DNA of 64,000 bases. Source: Leptogorgia sarmentosa. Lineage: Eukaryota. The translations under genes and the position numbers were made by a program. The notes beneath the pieces are model-generated. The model had not been told where the DNA came from and made no database searches. It saw only the letters and a program-made list of their open reading frames with translations. Location: assembly GCA_964658305.1 (NCBI GenBank), contig OZ210885.1, positions 8,866,001 through 8,930,000 of the forward strand, given 5' to 3'. This document shows, piece by piece, positions 1 to 12,749 of this stretch. The first letter of the stretch is position 1, and each line of letters begins with the position of its first letter.

Positions 1-118
1 ATGTTCATTACCACATAAATACCTCTTGGGATTTTATATATCCTGTATTGATGATCCAATAAAATAACATTTCGTCATGACTTTTAATTAATAGGACTGG
101 AAAAAGGAGGCACAAAAA

Positions 119-469
119 ATGACAGAAGACAGGGATTGTGGAATTGTGGAAAACATCTGCAAGAAATGTGAGAAGTCATTTCCTCGAGCTAAAGATGCGA
201 TTTATCATGAAAAGCATTGTGGTGAATGTGCATGTGATACCTGTGGAAAAGTGTTTTCAAACAAGTTGTCACTAAGGAGACATAGCCAGACACATGAGGA
301 AAAGAACAAATGTGAATCATGTAACAAAGCATTTTCCAGCCGAAATTCATTAAAACGACATTTGAAAACGCATAGTAGCAGTCGTGAAAAGAATTTTACA
401 TGTCGTTTGTGTGCAGCAAACTTTACCACCATGTCCAATCTGAAGAGACATTCGAAAAACTGTTTGTAG
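119..469 (+). CDS. C2H2 zinc-finger protein, probably a 3' exon; convergent with the MULE transposase
   Basis: Four finger-like units: CKKC..HEKHC, CDTC..HSQTH, CESC..HLKTH, CRLC..HSKNC. The 5' end may lie upstream (candidate acceptor AG near 93-94). Confidence 0.7.
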   Translation: MTEDRDCGIVENICKKCEKSFPRAKDAIYHEKHCGECACDTCGKVFSNKLSLRRHSQTHEEKNKCESCNKAFSSRNSLKRHLKTHSSSREKNFTCRLCAANFTTMSNLKRHSKNCL

Positions 470-748
470 CCATTATGCAGACTAATTTATTAAAGAACAA
501 GACTTTAAACATTAAACAGCCATCCATTTAGTACATTTGCTGATTGTTTAGAAAACTTTACACCTTCATTCCCCATTTACACAAAGTAATAGAAATGATA
601 TTATACAATAGGAATATGCAAAAACCTTTTGACTTTCTATGCTCTAAATGGATGGTCCAAAAATTTGTTTATTTATAGTTAATACAGTGAGTTAAACAAG
701 TTTGTACTACTATCAGTTCATATTTATATTACAATCACAATTCAATGT

Positions 749-3700
749 TCATTTATGTTCATATAGCCTTGTTTTGGTAGCCATGTGTCTTCCAGCCTTT
801 TTTGCTACTGGCTCATTTTGTCGCACATTCTCGGCAAAATTGTGTGCACGTTTGGCACGGCCAGCTTGCTTTTGAAATGGATTGTTTCTCACCAGTTGAC
901 CTTTGTTTTGTTGTCTTCTTGATCCAGTTTTATTCTTTCTACGCTTTACTGCTTCTGGCTGCACATGGATCTTACCACGTTTTCGCTTTTTCACAATAGA
1001 ATTTGCTGTAAGATGGGTATTATATACACCCTGTGCACCAAAAGAATGGAAACAAGTTGTCAGCTTGGACCTGGGCATTTTTTTCACTCTGTCTGTGAAT
1101 TTCAAGACACCTTTCAAAAAGTTTTGGTCAGCTCCATGCAACTTCCCCTTTAAGATATCTAAGGTTTCCGTCAAGGCTGCAGAGCATTCTTCAACTGAGA
1201 TCATGTCCTGAGGGATGTCTCTTCTCGGTAGAGCTAGAAAATAAAATGACACTAAGCATTATTCTCACCAAGTTTATGACCATGCCAGTTTCTGGCTAAT
1301 ATTAATCAGAATACATAATATATTCAGACCTGTTATGAAAAACATTGTAGCCAATAAAGTTATAAACATCAGTTGCAAGAAGTGACGACCATGCTTATTG
1401 CTTAACCATTGAACATACATGAAGTTTCAGGAGATACATACCTGTCCCTGTAATGTCTCTTTTATCTGTATAATTACAAACATCTGAAGACTGCTCAGCT
1501 GAATCAGGGAGGGTCAAAACTTGATCATGCAGCCCTTCGTAGTATTGCAATGGTAATGACATCCCAATAGCAATCTGTGCATATAATTGTCTCTGTTCTT
1601 TACTGAAAACAGGAAGAAAATTGACTCCATCTGCCAACTTGTGTGCCCAAAGAATGTATTGATGTTTGCAAGGGGAACCATTTATACCAATCTTGCACTG
1701 GCAGATACCAGTTTTCATATCCACTAGGTACTGTATTCCTTCTGTGGTAATACTTGGTACAAGGAATATCCGGTCACCAATTTCAATGGTTTTCTCCACT
1801 GCTAACTTCTGCTCTTCATCATTTGGGATTTGGAATCCAATTCCACCAGCAGTTTTCTTCTCTTTAGCTCCACCTTGGAATCTTCTGCTGTAAATACCAT
1901 CGTATTTGCCTAGACAATGTGTAAATCAAGTTGCAAAGAGAGAGGTGGATAATTACAGCCAAATTGGATTTTCTCTTTGGAGTAATATAAATATTGCAGC
2001 ACAATGTTGCAATATTCACAGGTAAATTCTTGAAGCATTAATGCAACATTGCTTCACAATATTGCTCGGAAGAGAACATCCAGTTTGACTGTAATATTTA
2101 TAAGAAAACAAAAGGGTACATTGTACAATTACAGTCAATCTGATATGTAATTACCTGATGATACTGACAACACCTTGTCGCGGTAATGTTGGTCAAGGTC
2201 TGATGTAAACTTATCGACAAGACCAACAACATTAATCTCCTTCTGCCTATTAAGAACCCCATCTTTGATGACTAGAAATTGAGCTTCGCATAGGTTGTTT
2301 GTGTTGTTGCCTCTGATTGGTAAGTCATCTCTGTAGCAAAGTGCCCAAGCTTCACAATCTTCAAAGACATCTGTTACATACTTTTTGAAATTGGCATACT
2401 TGGATGCTACATCACTTGATATAAGATTGTCAAAAGAGTCCTGGAGGTCAACCTCGCTTTCAGCATAGAGAATATGTTTAAATGATAATAACAATATAGG
2501 TCTATCTTCCATCGTGATCCCATTCTTTTTCTCGTGCAACCATCGCCAAACTTGTTGAAGAACATGGAATATGCACAGCAACAACACAGAAGTAGGCCAG
2601 ACTTTTTTCAAGGCTCCTCTCAGTTCACTACAGTTGTCGGTCATGAAAACTTTTGGCCCAACTGCACCATAAAATGCTGAATCACCAAGGCAAGATTTCA
2701 TCAACTCCAGTGCATCTGTAAGTGTCTGCTCTTTCTCATCACTAGTTATGAAGATGCCTAGGGGCAAAGCGCCACAAACACTATATGTAACCATCACAAA
2801 TACACGGAGGTTATATTCTTCCATATTGCCCGATGAATCTAAGAATGCCAAGTCTTTGCATTGTGGCACCTATGCAAATATACAAATAAACATGTCTTAT
2901 ATCCCTATGCCAAATGGTTATTTCAGCAATATTTAAAAGTAAAATCTACTCATTTGTAACCATTTTGTGATCAAACAATTAACAATTCAATGGTCCCAGG
3001 CAGTTTGCATAATTGATACGACAGATACTTTGCACTAATATAGACACACTCTAGACAAACAATCAGGTCGAGGCTAATACTAAAATCAATACTACAACAT
3101 TACAACTTTACACATGGCCTTGTTTTCAAGATAGCTTCTGTGCCAATGAAACCTACCAATACACTTACCAGCTTGTGAACTCGCTTCATCAGTGGTGTTA
3201 CAATAGCGACAATAAATGGTTGATCAATTTCTTCATCGAATTTCTGGTATTTTATTGTGTAGTCTTGATCTTTTTGTTGAAGACATTCAATTCTTTCTTC
3301 GAGAGCTGAAAACATGTCAGACATGTTTCCAGTCCCAAACCGTTCCCTCTTAAACTCAGAATAGATGTCATTGAAATCCTGCCTCCGAGGAGCTATTGAG
3401 CGATCCGCAAGTCTCTGATGATATTCTAGTTCATCTTTGCATTCACTTCTAAGTTGACGAAGGAATTCTCTATATGCTACACCAGGCAACAAACCACTTG
3501 CAAACATTTGCTTGATGTCATTTTTCACTGATGCTGGTACATCCTTAAAACTAAGTGAGTGTAGTGACTGAACAGAGTGATTGTGGTTCCACTCTATGTC
3601 AATAGTAGAGCCAACTTCGTGTACGTCACGCTTCTTACTTAACCTTACGACAAGGGAAAATGGACAATTGGTATTCTTGAATCGTTTGCTTGGTCGAGAC

Positions 3701-4083
3701 GACAAGATTTCACTTGGATATTGTGTGCCTTCATACCTTGTATTGTGATGGCATCGGTAGTATTGGGTTAATATACTTTCTCCGTTTGACTTTGGGCAAC
3801 CATTTCTTGTTTTAGCAATCCTCAAAGTTTCATTGTTCTTTAGCCCGTAATTCTGAATGAACTTCGTTATATCTCCTTCGCTTTGCAGATTGGCTTTGAT
3901 TTTCGCTTTGAACGTTCGAGCAGTTCCTTGGACGCTGATAATTTCGTAATTTTCTTCTTCGATGGGTAAAACGTTTCTTACACATTCATATAATGTATCG
4001 GTATTGTCTTCGCCAGAGAATATATTTGTTGTATCGTGTATTACTTCGCGAAGAAGGTCGGCAATACCTTCTTCGTTAGCCAT
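749..4083 (-). CDS. Mutator/MULE DDE transposase with WRKY/GCM1-like N-terminal Zn domain and SWIM finger; 4 exons, about 860 aa, apparently intact
   Basis: Exons 4083-3169, 2869-2155, 1909-1442 and 1233-749 are joined by GT..AG introns in matching phase (2583 nt, 861 codons). Motifs: YRCHH..NCPF..HNH, FLDSS, FMTDN, LCIFH (CxxH), NTNNLCEAQF, SWIM CQC..PCKH. Confidence 0.88.
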
Positions 4084-6337
4084 ATTCTCTGTATTTTATA
4101 TTTGTATATTAATTATTAATACCAGGCAAAAATAAGCATGCGGGAAATTGCAGGTATTGTATCCGCGTGCGTACGTTTATCACAGGTCTGGGCACGAGCT
4201 AAGGAGGAGTACGACCATCTCGGAGGGGTCCGACTGTCTACGGAAAAAAAATTTGCAGTGTCGGCCCTCGGTTGAACTGTTGTGGATGGCCTCTTAATTA
4301 TACCTCTTAGCTTCACATTTTTACTATGCTAACTCTACGAAATATTCTCCTGAATTCTGCATATGATATGCATTTTAATTCTGCTATTTCTTGTCTAACA
4401 TATTATAGCTATTTAACATCTCTTCTGCTTCAATTATACCCAAAAGGCAAAAACGTTCCGTAAAAAGAAGCACACTAAAATAAGTTCCTATAAAGCAGAA
4501 ACAATGACAACAGTAAAAGTTTGACTGTAGCTAATATACAAAAATTAACATACTGTCAACATCCAAGCACAATTTAAATGGCAACAAAATTGTTTCAGCT
4601 AGCTACTGAATGATATCAAACATTTTGTTAACTTCGAACTTTTTTGCATCTTCAGTTTCAATAAAAATTATTTGAATTTCACATTAGCCACGGCCCTGAA
4701 GAAACCTCTTCCCAGGGCGCCCGGCCAGGTTGGGCCCCTAGTAGAGTTACCCCACTGTGTACATCGCTATTTACTAAAAAAATTGGCTTTACATTTTAAT
4801 ACAAGAACGTTTATGAAGCGGATTGATGCATATCGTTTCAGTTCTTGGGTTTCACGTAACGTTCCATATTTGAGTGGGAGTCAACTCTAAATAGCGACGC
4901 AGTCATCACAGTGAGTTAAATATTCACTGTATGTATTCAACTTGTGCTTCGTAGCGAATATGTGAAATTCAGAAGCATTTCGTCAGATTCGTGCAGCACA
5001 ATCGTCAATACATTTTAGAAAAATGTATTACTTACGAAAAGTACTCTTTCTCTCCAACACCATATTAATTTAGGTCGAATTCTCCCTATGACTATAATTG
5101 GCTGGGGGGGGGGGGCGAAATTCCTGGGACACCTGTCGTGTTTTTTATGTCGTGTGCGAATAACTGAACCAGAAGTGACTTTATCCAAGACTGAAAAACA
5201 TACGAATACGCACCCTACGTAATCAAAGGCATGTTTTCCACGTGTTTCAGACTATTGCGCAACCTGATTTATCCTGTTTTAGTAAATGCCGTGCGCGCGC
5301 GGAAATTTTTGACAATTGCAAAAAAGCTGGTAGAAATGTTTTTATATGTGCAAATAACACGAACATAACACAGGTTTCATGAATATGCTGCTTCAGGGAG
5401 AAATAAGAACATGGATTTCAACATATTGGACTCTGTTTTTCTCAGATAGATGCTAATGCCTTACGTTTCCGACGATCAATCTCTATTTTTTTTGTGTTGT
5501 GTTTTAACTAACATGCGACCCACCGTTCGAATGATCATTTTATAAGGATTTCAATGGTTTTTGTCTTTATTTCGTGCGGTATATACTCAATGAAAAAAAA
5601 AAGCATTAAAAATTTGTATTTCAACTTTCGGAAACGGGTTGGAGAGAAAGAGAGCTCGACGTTCTTAATACGCCGTACATTTCAACCATTTTATCTGAAT
5701 TCGTACCTGTAACCTGTTGTACATAATCGACTACATTTGAAAACAAAGTATATTTTCATTATTTTGAACGAAGCCCAACTGCCATACATGGCCCTTGCTT
5801 CACGGATGTAACTTTCACGATCTGTAACCAAGTTTTACCAACAATAACACTGGTATGGATGCCCTGTACAATGCATACAATTTGACAACAATGTGGCTAT
5901 GGTAGAGGGTGGGTTTATAAAATTTACAAACGGCATCGTATCGTGTGATTGGACCATGTTCACTAATTCTTTTTGTGTTTGATGCCAGGAACAGCAGTTT
6001 TACAACGTAGCTGTAGTAAAATGATTTCCTGGGAAAACCAGATACGTCTGTTTGAGTAGCACCTCGCAACCTTCGCCAAAAGTACAAATTGTTCATTCCA
6101 AACAATAATTGCAACAGCTGGTTTGAGGATTCCAGCGACTGCGTATCTTCAAACCAGCGGTTAACTGTAAACGTCGTGTACAGCGCAGTGAAACGCAGTG
6201 TAAAAACATAAGCCAGCAACAGCCAGAGCATGTTCAGCGCCGGAGAGGGACACAATTAAAAACAAGATTTCACAAAATCGTCTAGGGTTAGACATTATTG
6301 AAACATCAGTCTGACGAGTATCCATCATGCGTTGTAG

Positions 6338-9300
6338 GGCTGAAAGTGTATTGTGTATCTACCGGAGAAAACCTCTCAACAAGTATTCCTGAGAGAGTCG
6401 AGGCGCTGTGTACGACCAAAGATGGACAGTTCATTGCTACTGTTGGATATCGTGACAAGACTATCAAGTTGTGGAAAGCCGATACACTAAATTTTGAGGC
6501 CAGTTTGGTAGGCCATACAGATTGGGTGAGATGTGTTGTCGCAACAGGTATGTAATACTGTATGTGTTAATATTTCATAACATTTTGAAGATCTTACTTC
6601 AATAGAGTCTCTTCAGAATTATATTTGTTATTTCTTTCGGATAAAACATATTCTTTACTATAAACTTCGTTAATGGTTCAATAAAGCAATGATTAATCAA
6701 TTGGAGGGGAATATCATGTTTTGGAATAAATTTTCCCAATTATTGCACAAAAATACCTGCTTGCAACAGTATTCTAATATTGTAATTAAAAATTTTGCCT
6801 AGAAAGAAAGCAATGTCTTTCCTTAATTGTTAGTATGGTGGTAGCCAGTGCTTTCATGTACAAGCACTATTTTAGGACTTTCTGATTTCTTTCAAATTTT
6901 TAGGCTGGTTGTATTTGTATATGCTAAGAGTATTTTAAAATGGCTATTAGATTTATCTATGCTAGCTTTCTAAAAATACTTTGAGACAATTTGCCTGTGT
7001 GTGTATATTTCAAATGATTACCCTGTGTCGCAGACCTTAATGTATAAATTGTAATACTGTACAAGTAGATTCAGAAGACTTGGCATTTATTTTGCATGAA
7101 GTGATGGATGAAAGCCAAACATGAATGTTTTTTATAAAGTAATATTGTTTTAGATATACTGTCCATTGCCAAGATATATAACCAGGTGTCGTTTGACTTA
7201 TCTTGTCCATCTTCACCTCAGATCCTCTAATTCCAACAGACAAAAATGATATAGTTTGACCTGTTTTATAATTATTGTGACAAACATTGTGCTGTACTTT
7301 TAGAACTTGGTAGGTTAGTTGCTTGAATAAATGTGATAATAATTGAATTTAATCAGTCAATTTTCAATTGTGACATGAAAGAGCAGTTAGGCAACAGTTA
7401 AAAGCAGTTAAACACAGTTATGTTCCCAAACGTAAATATGAATACATGTGGAAACTAATAATGATGTAATGCAGCAATGAAAATTTCCCATTGTTCCAAT
7501 GTCAGTACTGATACACTCTGGTTTGAGTAATTGCACCGACACAGAGTTCTTACGATCTTTCATTAGACTTTTCCACAACTTTACAGTTCATAGTATGGAT
7601 ATAGGTAGAAATAGCAAGTATAAATTTGGGTACTCGAATCTTTCCTCAGGAAAAAACGTTTTAGACTTTTCATAAGTTAAACTTCGTTTTGACACTTACA
7701 ATATCATAGATTTAAGAAATGACTGCAACAAACTTTTAGAACTTTGCGGTCCAAATTAAACGTTGATTACAACTGCGTATTTCCTATGTATTTTTAATAA
7801 ACGAGAAGGAAGTTTATTTTGTATAAAATCCAATTAAACACGTATTGCGAAATTAACTATTCGAGCAGCTTCAAGAAAGACTTCCGTATTTCCGGATTGT
7901 TTACGTTTGCCTGCATTCAGGTGGCCGCTTATCTGAAGAGGGGACTAAGTAGGTGGTGGGGGCTTAATAAATTTTCACCCAAATTTGGTACCGTAAATAT
8001 ACTAATTCACACAACACATCCAGAATATCAATTAACTTCATTACGCATTCATATTTAAAAAATAAAGCAACGAAAGTTTTTTTCCATAAATGTTTTACTT
8101 GATTCTCAGCCGCATTGAACCAAAATGTAATCGTCTCTTCCTTGTGTAATGGCAAACAATTGTGCAAGATGTTCGATATTTCTCAAGTTATCGTGTTCAC
8201 AGACCAACACACACACATACACACACACACACAGACAAACCAAGATGATTACATAACCTCCTTGCGGAGGTAATGAGCTTTAACATAATATGCAAAACTA
8301 ACTAGAAGAATGATGTTACTTTGCGCAATTCATTCGTGATTATGACTATTGTACGTGCCAGACGGTTCGGCCATATTTTGAGTATTTCAAGTTTATCCTG
8401 ACACATTGGAATTTCTTTTTTGCGTAAATTTCTCTTCAATATCCTAACGGTATTAACAAAATCAACTTTCTGTATATGGACGACTGCAAAATCCATTGCC
8501 TGGACATGCAGAATGCATATATGAAAATCTCTCCTGTCAACGATCGAGTTATTGAATATATTTAGAATTTTTCCCTTGTTTTTTTGTGCCAGTTCGACTA
8601 AAGTGCGAAGTTTCTCGTTTAGATTCAGGAAAAAACAATCCAATGCTTGTGTCTGGTTCATACCATGGGACAATAAAAATTTGGGATTTAAAAACGTATC
8701 AGGAAATTCGTACCCTTGACGTTGGATGTCATGTTTCCTGTATTGCTGTGAGCGGTGATAAAAAGTACATTATCTCTGGAGACGATGAAGGAAGTGTGAG
8801 GTTGTGGTGTTTCCACACTGGAAAGTCTCTTTCCTGTTATGAAGGTCATACCGAGGTCATCAGGTGGGTTCACTCTAGGAACTATCTAATTTACCGCTAT
8901 TTTCTCGAAAGCATCGTTATATGGCAAAGCAATAACGAAGAGCCAATATATAACATTAAGCTTAAGACGCTCCATATTCTGTCTTATCCATTGTATACAT
9001 TTAATACAATATTTCACAGTCAGACTAAGACGTACTGCTTCCTGAAATCGGTTTTTGATTACTTGAAAAGATAGCGAGCATGAACTCCATGAAATTAATT
9101 TTCAGTCATATAAGAATTTCTATTTATTTCACCATTATACTAATTGGCGGCTCCCGGCTATAGTCGTGCTACATACATTAAGCTTATTTGCAATGGACGA
9201 CTTGCGCTTTAGAAAGATTTTAATGAGGGATAAACGAAGGACATTTTGTGACGTTATCAAAATTAGAAAAACTAAATGTTTGGTTGTGAAATGTTGGATA

Positions 9301-10438
9301 ATACAATGCCCATCAAAAAGAACTCCCGATTGGGCCCTTGAAAATGCATATTGGTGATTACGCTCTAGGCGGGTTTGGGGAGAGACCTATTAAATCTTGT
9401 TTAAATCTAGATTCCTTCATATATTTCATTTTTACAAAAAGATCGTTACCAGAATTCTGGCAAGTTATTGGAGGGGGTGGGTGCAGTAGCCTGCCCGGCC
9501 CACTCGCCCGCTTCCTGGGTGTTGAATGCGGAAAATGCTAAATACGGAAAATTTAGCCGTGCGAAGTTGCAGATTGGTATCCATTTGTATCACGGGCGCT
9601 GAAAATTATAATTAAATTAGCTACTATATAAAATTCACGGAAATACAAAAAGTATACAAATTTGTCAACTTTAAAGGACTGTATTTGCCGTACTTTGCAA
9701 CCTTTTGCGATTGAATTTTGCAGTATTACTAACTGGTGAAAAATTTTGTTCATCTTGCTTAGACTAAAATTTAGTCCGAAGCGTATGACATCCAATGCAA
9801 CATAATTTTACCTGTTGTACATCTATCATTACTCTATCTTGTATTGTTGCTTTCGTTATAATCTGTAGTACTGAACTACACAATATGTCTATAGGGTTCC
9901 CATTGTTAACAGTAATTTTTATTACTGACGAGACTCCCTGTGTAAATAGAGGTTTTATCTATCTATCTATCTTCTTAATGAAAGAAAGATTTTTGCAAAA
10001 AATAAAGAAAGTTAAAGAGAGATTTTTGCAAAAAATAAAGTGCCCATAGATGTAGTTTCTATTATTTGCACTAAAATTTGGTGAATACGATATATTTCCC
10101 TGATCATGTATGAATAATTATACAGCATATTTTGATAACATTGGTTTCTTAAACAATCAATAGTCTCATTTATTAGAAATAAACAATCAACTTGTAATAT
10201 TTCAGCGGTGTTGCAATAATTCCCAATGCAAACAAGGTATTGACAGCGTCAGAGGATGGAAGTATCAGGGTTTGGAACCTGGGAACTGCTGCGTACATGG
10301 AACAAAATAGTCTCTCTGATCGTTCAAATGACGTCACAGATATTACAGTCGCTCGTGATGAGTCTAGATGTGTTTGTGCATCTGAAGATGGAACTTTCAA
10401 AGTTTGGAATCTTCACACACAGTGCTTTTCTGTCACAG
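6338..10438 (+). CDS. WD40-repeat protein, three internal exons (partial gene)
   Basis: Exons about 6338-6547, 8623-8863 and 10206-10438 splice in phase (GHTDWVRCVVAT/DSGK..IKIWDL..GHTEVI/SGVA..IRVWNL..FKVWNL). The outer boundaries are uncertain and no further exons were identified. Confidence 0.75.
8100..8276 (-). repeat. 5' end of a Helentron/DINE-1-like non-autonomous element with (CA)n microsatellite
   Basis: Minus strand begins ATTACCTCCGCAAGGAGGTTATG (short hairpin), followed by a GT-rich microsatellite at 8207-8232. The far boundary is not defined. Confidence 0.45.
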
Positions 10439-10634
10439 GTGTAGTTCAAATTGTCTATTTGGGCCAGCTTTCTTATAAATAGGTTGCGGACGATCTCGTT
10501 TTAATTTCATTTCAGTAAATTCATTTTCATTTTACCACGGTTAGTAGACCTAGATGGTTAGGCTACCTGGGTCACGTGACAAATATGTTATTGTTCATTG
10601 TTTATAAGTGTCACGTGATGCGAACTGTTCATCA

Positions 10635-11840
10635 CAGGCGCGGATCCAGACCGTGGCGAACGGTGCGCGAGCCACGGTCAGATTTTCCCCACCTTAGATT
10701 TTGAATAACAATTTGAAATATATCCTTCAAAATCAAGGAAATCTACATCTATTGCAGCCTATTTGAATAACATTTTCCCTGATTGTTCACATTATTTTAT
10801 GTGGTGTCGTATTTCGCGTCAAACGCAATGAAAACGCCGAAATATTATGTTTCTTCAATAGCATAATCATTCAGTTGACACTGAACTATAAAAACAGCCG
10901 AAACCGTACCGAAGTGTGCCGAATATGTTCGGTAAGCAGTCGCAAATTTGAAGCTGCCGCCTGCGATCACAGCCACAAATTTTGCCACGGTCAGTGTGCA
11001 AAAAGTTTCGCAATTGTTACTAAATATAGTAACATTCTGCCACGGTGCAGAGGTGCAAACCAATCACAGGGCCAGCTGTGGTCATGTGCGCCACGGTGCG
11101 CCACGGTGCGCCACGGTGCGCCACGGTGCGCCACGGTGCGCCACGGTGCGCCACGGTGAGCGTAGTTTTATTGCGCAATGCAAATGATCAACGATGAGGT
11201 TCGGTACTCGTCGGACTTGACGGGATAGAATTTCATAACAAACTATACTTATCGAATGCTTGTTAGAATGGAGGCTTTTGAAAAGCTCGATGTTCTCAAG
11301 AAGCTCGTTGAAATCTTTCAAAAGGCGAAGATATTTCAGGGAAGTTATCGCTCTTGAGGCAACAATGTGATAAATTTATCACTGAAGGAAAGCTGCGTCG
11401 TATAAAATCTACAGGCGACATCGTATTGCGAGTGTGCGAATTTTCAAAACTGCAGTTCCCCAAGAGTCAAATTGAAAGATCTGGGCCTAATATCCATGTT
11501 AAGTAAGAATTTTTAATCGTTTTATATTAAATTTGCATTTGCGCTAGGGCCAGGGAATATTTGTGTATGCAAATTTTATATATGTAAATAATATTTGAAG
11601 TTGGTCAATTGTCAAATAGTAATATGATCTCGAGCACATGGCGATGACCGATTTCCAATAGAACATAAATTTTCTCTCTAAAATATGGCGGAATTAATGG
11701 CGAATTATAGATAGAATTCGATGCTCTGAACGCAGGAAATGTGTTCAAATTTCAAAAATTTACCGGGGGGGGGCGGACCCCCCTGGTTATGCGAGTTTTT
11801 GACCCTGCCACGGTCAGATTTAATGCTGGATCCGCGCCTG
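10635..11840. mobile_element. Non-autonomous hAT-like element with 5-bp TSD (hAT5-like), nested in the P element
   Basis: 15-bp TIR CAGGCGCGGATCCAG; CATCA on both flanks (10630-10634, 11841-11845); GCCACGGT subterminal motifs. Confidence 0.8.
11086..11158. repeat. 10-bp minisatellite (CCACGGTGCG), about 7 copies
   Basis: Direct read: six perfect units at 11091-11150 plus partial units on each side. Confidence 0.95.
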
Positions 11841-11952
11841 CATCATTCAACACCGCGCGTCGATATTTATAGCTATATTATATACAGCGACACAAATCGG
11901 CTTTACAAACTCTTCGAGAAAATCACTCTGTTCTGGCGCTGTTTGAATTATA

Positions 11953-12723
11953 CAGGGTGTATCAAAAAAAAGTTTACTCGCGAAAAATGTCTTTTAGGCC
12001 GAAGCGCACGCACCCCATTGCAAACCATTGGTATATCTAAGTAGTTTGAGCCCTTCGGATACATCCTACACTAAAAGTTTGCAGAAAACGACCATTTTAC
12101 GACTACGAAAAGTGTTATAAAAAGCCGTAGTAAAAATGGCTTGCGCGAAAAAATGTGAGGCGAAAAATGCAATTTGATTTGACAGCCTAAATCTATCGAA
12201 CAAGTTTCATAAGTTATTCAAGTTTTGAGAAATTTGGTGCACCCTGAGACGAACGTGCGATGTCCGAAAACTGGATTTTCCGCAATTTCTTCGCGTAATT
12301 ACGTACCTTTGGGAATTAGCTTCCAATTTGCATTGGTAATTAATGCAAATATCCAATTATGCATAAATTAATCGGTAATCACGCAGGAAAGAACGCAAAA
12401 TCCAGTTTTCGGACATCGCACGTTCGTCTCAGCGTGCACCAAATTTCTCAAAACTTGAATAACTTATGAAACTTGTTCGATAGATTTAGGCTGTCAAATC
12501 AAATTGCATTTTTCGCCTCACATTTTTTTGCGCAAGCCATTTTTACTACGGCTTTTTATAACACTTTTCGTAGTCGTAAAATGGTCGTTTTCTGCAAACT
12601 TTTAGTGTAGGATGTATCCGAAGGGCTCAAACTACTTAGATATACCAATGGTTTGCAATGGGGTGCGTGCGCTTCGGCCTAAAAGACATTTTTCGCGAGT
12701 AAACTTTTTTTTGATACACCCTG
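11953..12723. mobile_element. Tc1/mariner-type foldback MITE nested in the P element
   Basis: CAGGGTGTATCAAAAAAAAG termini, near-perfect inverted arms of about 330 bp, TA on both flanks (11951-52, 12724-25). Confidence 0.9.
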
Positions 12724-12749
12724 TATATTGAAATTGAAATCTTAAATAC

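Noticed and set aside
5815..6255. 146-aa minus-strand ORF with hydrophobic start
   Set aside because: No recognisable motif or splice support, and it lies antisense just upstream of the WD40 exon; cannot be called.
10875..11321. ORFs with HGAPRCATVR-type repeats; possible CRISPR-like array
   Set aside because: These are translations of a 10-bp minisatellite. There are no spacers or cas genes, and the context is eukaryotic.
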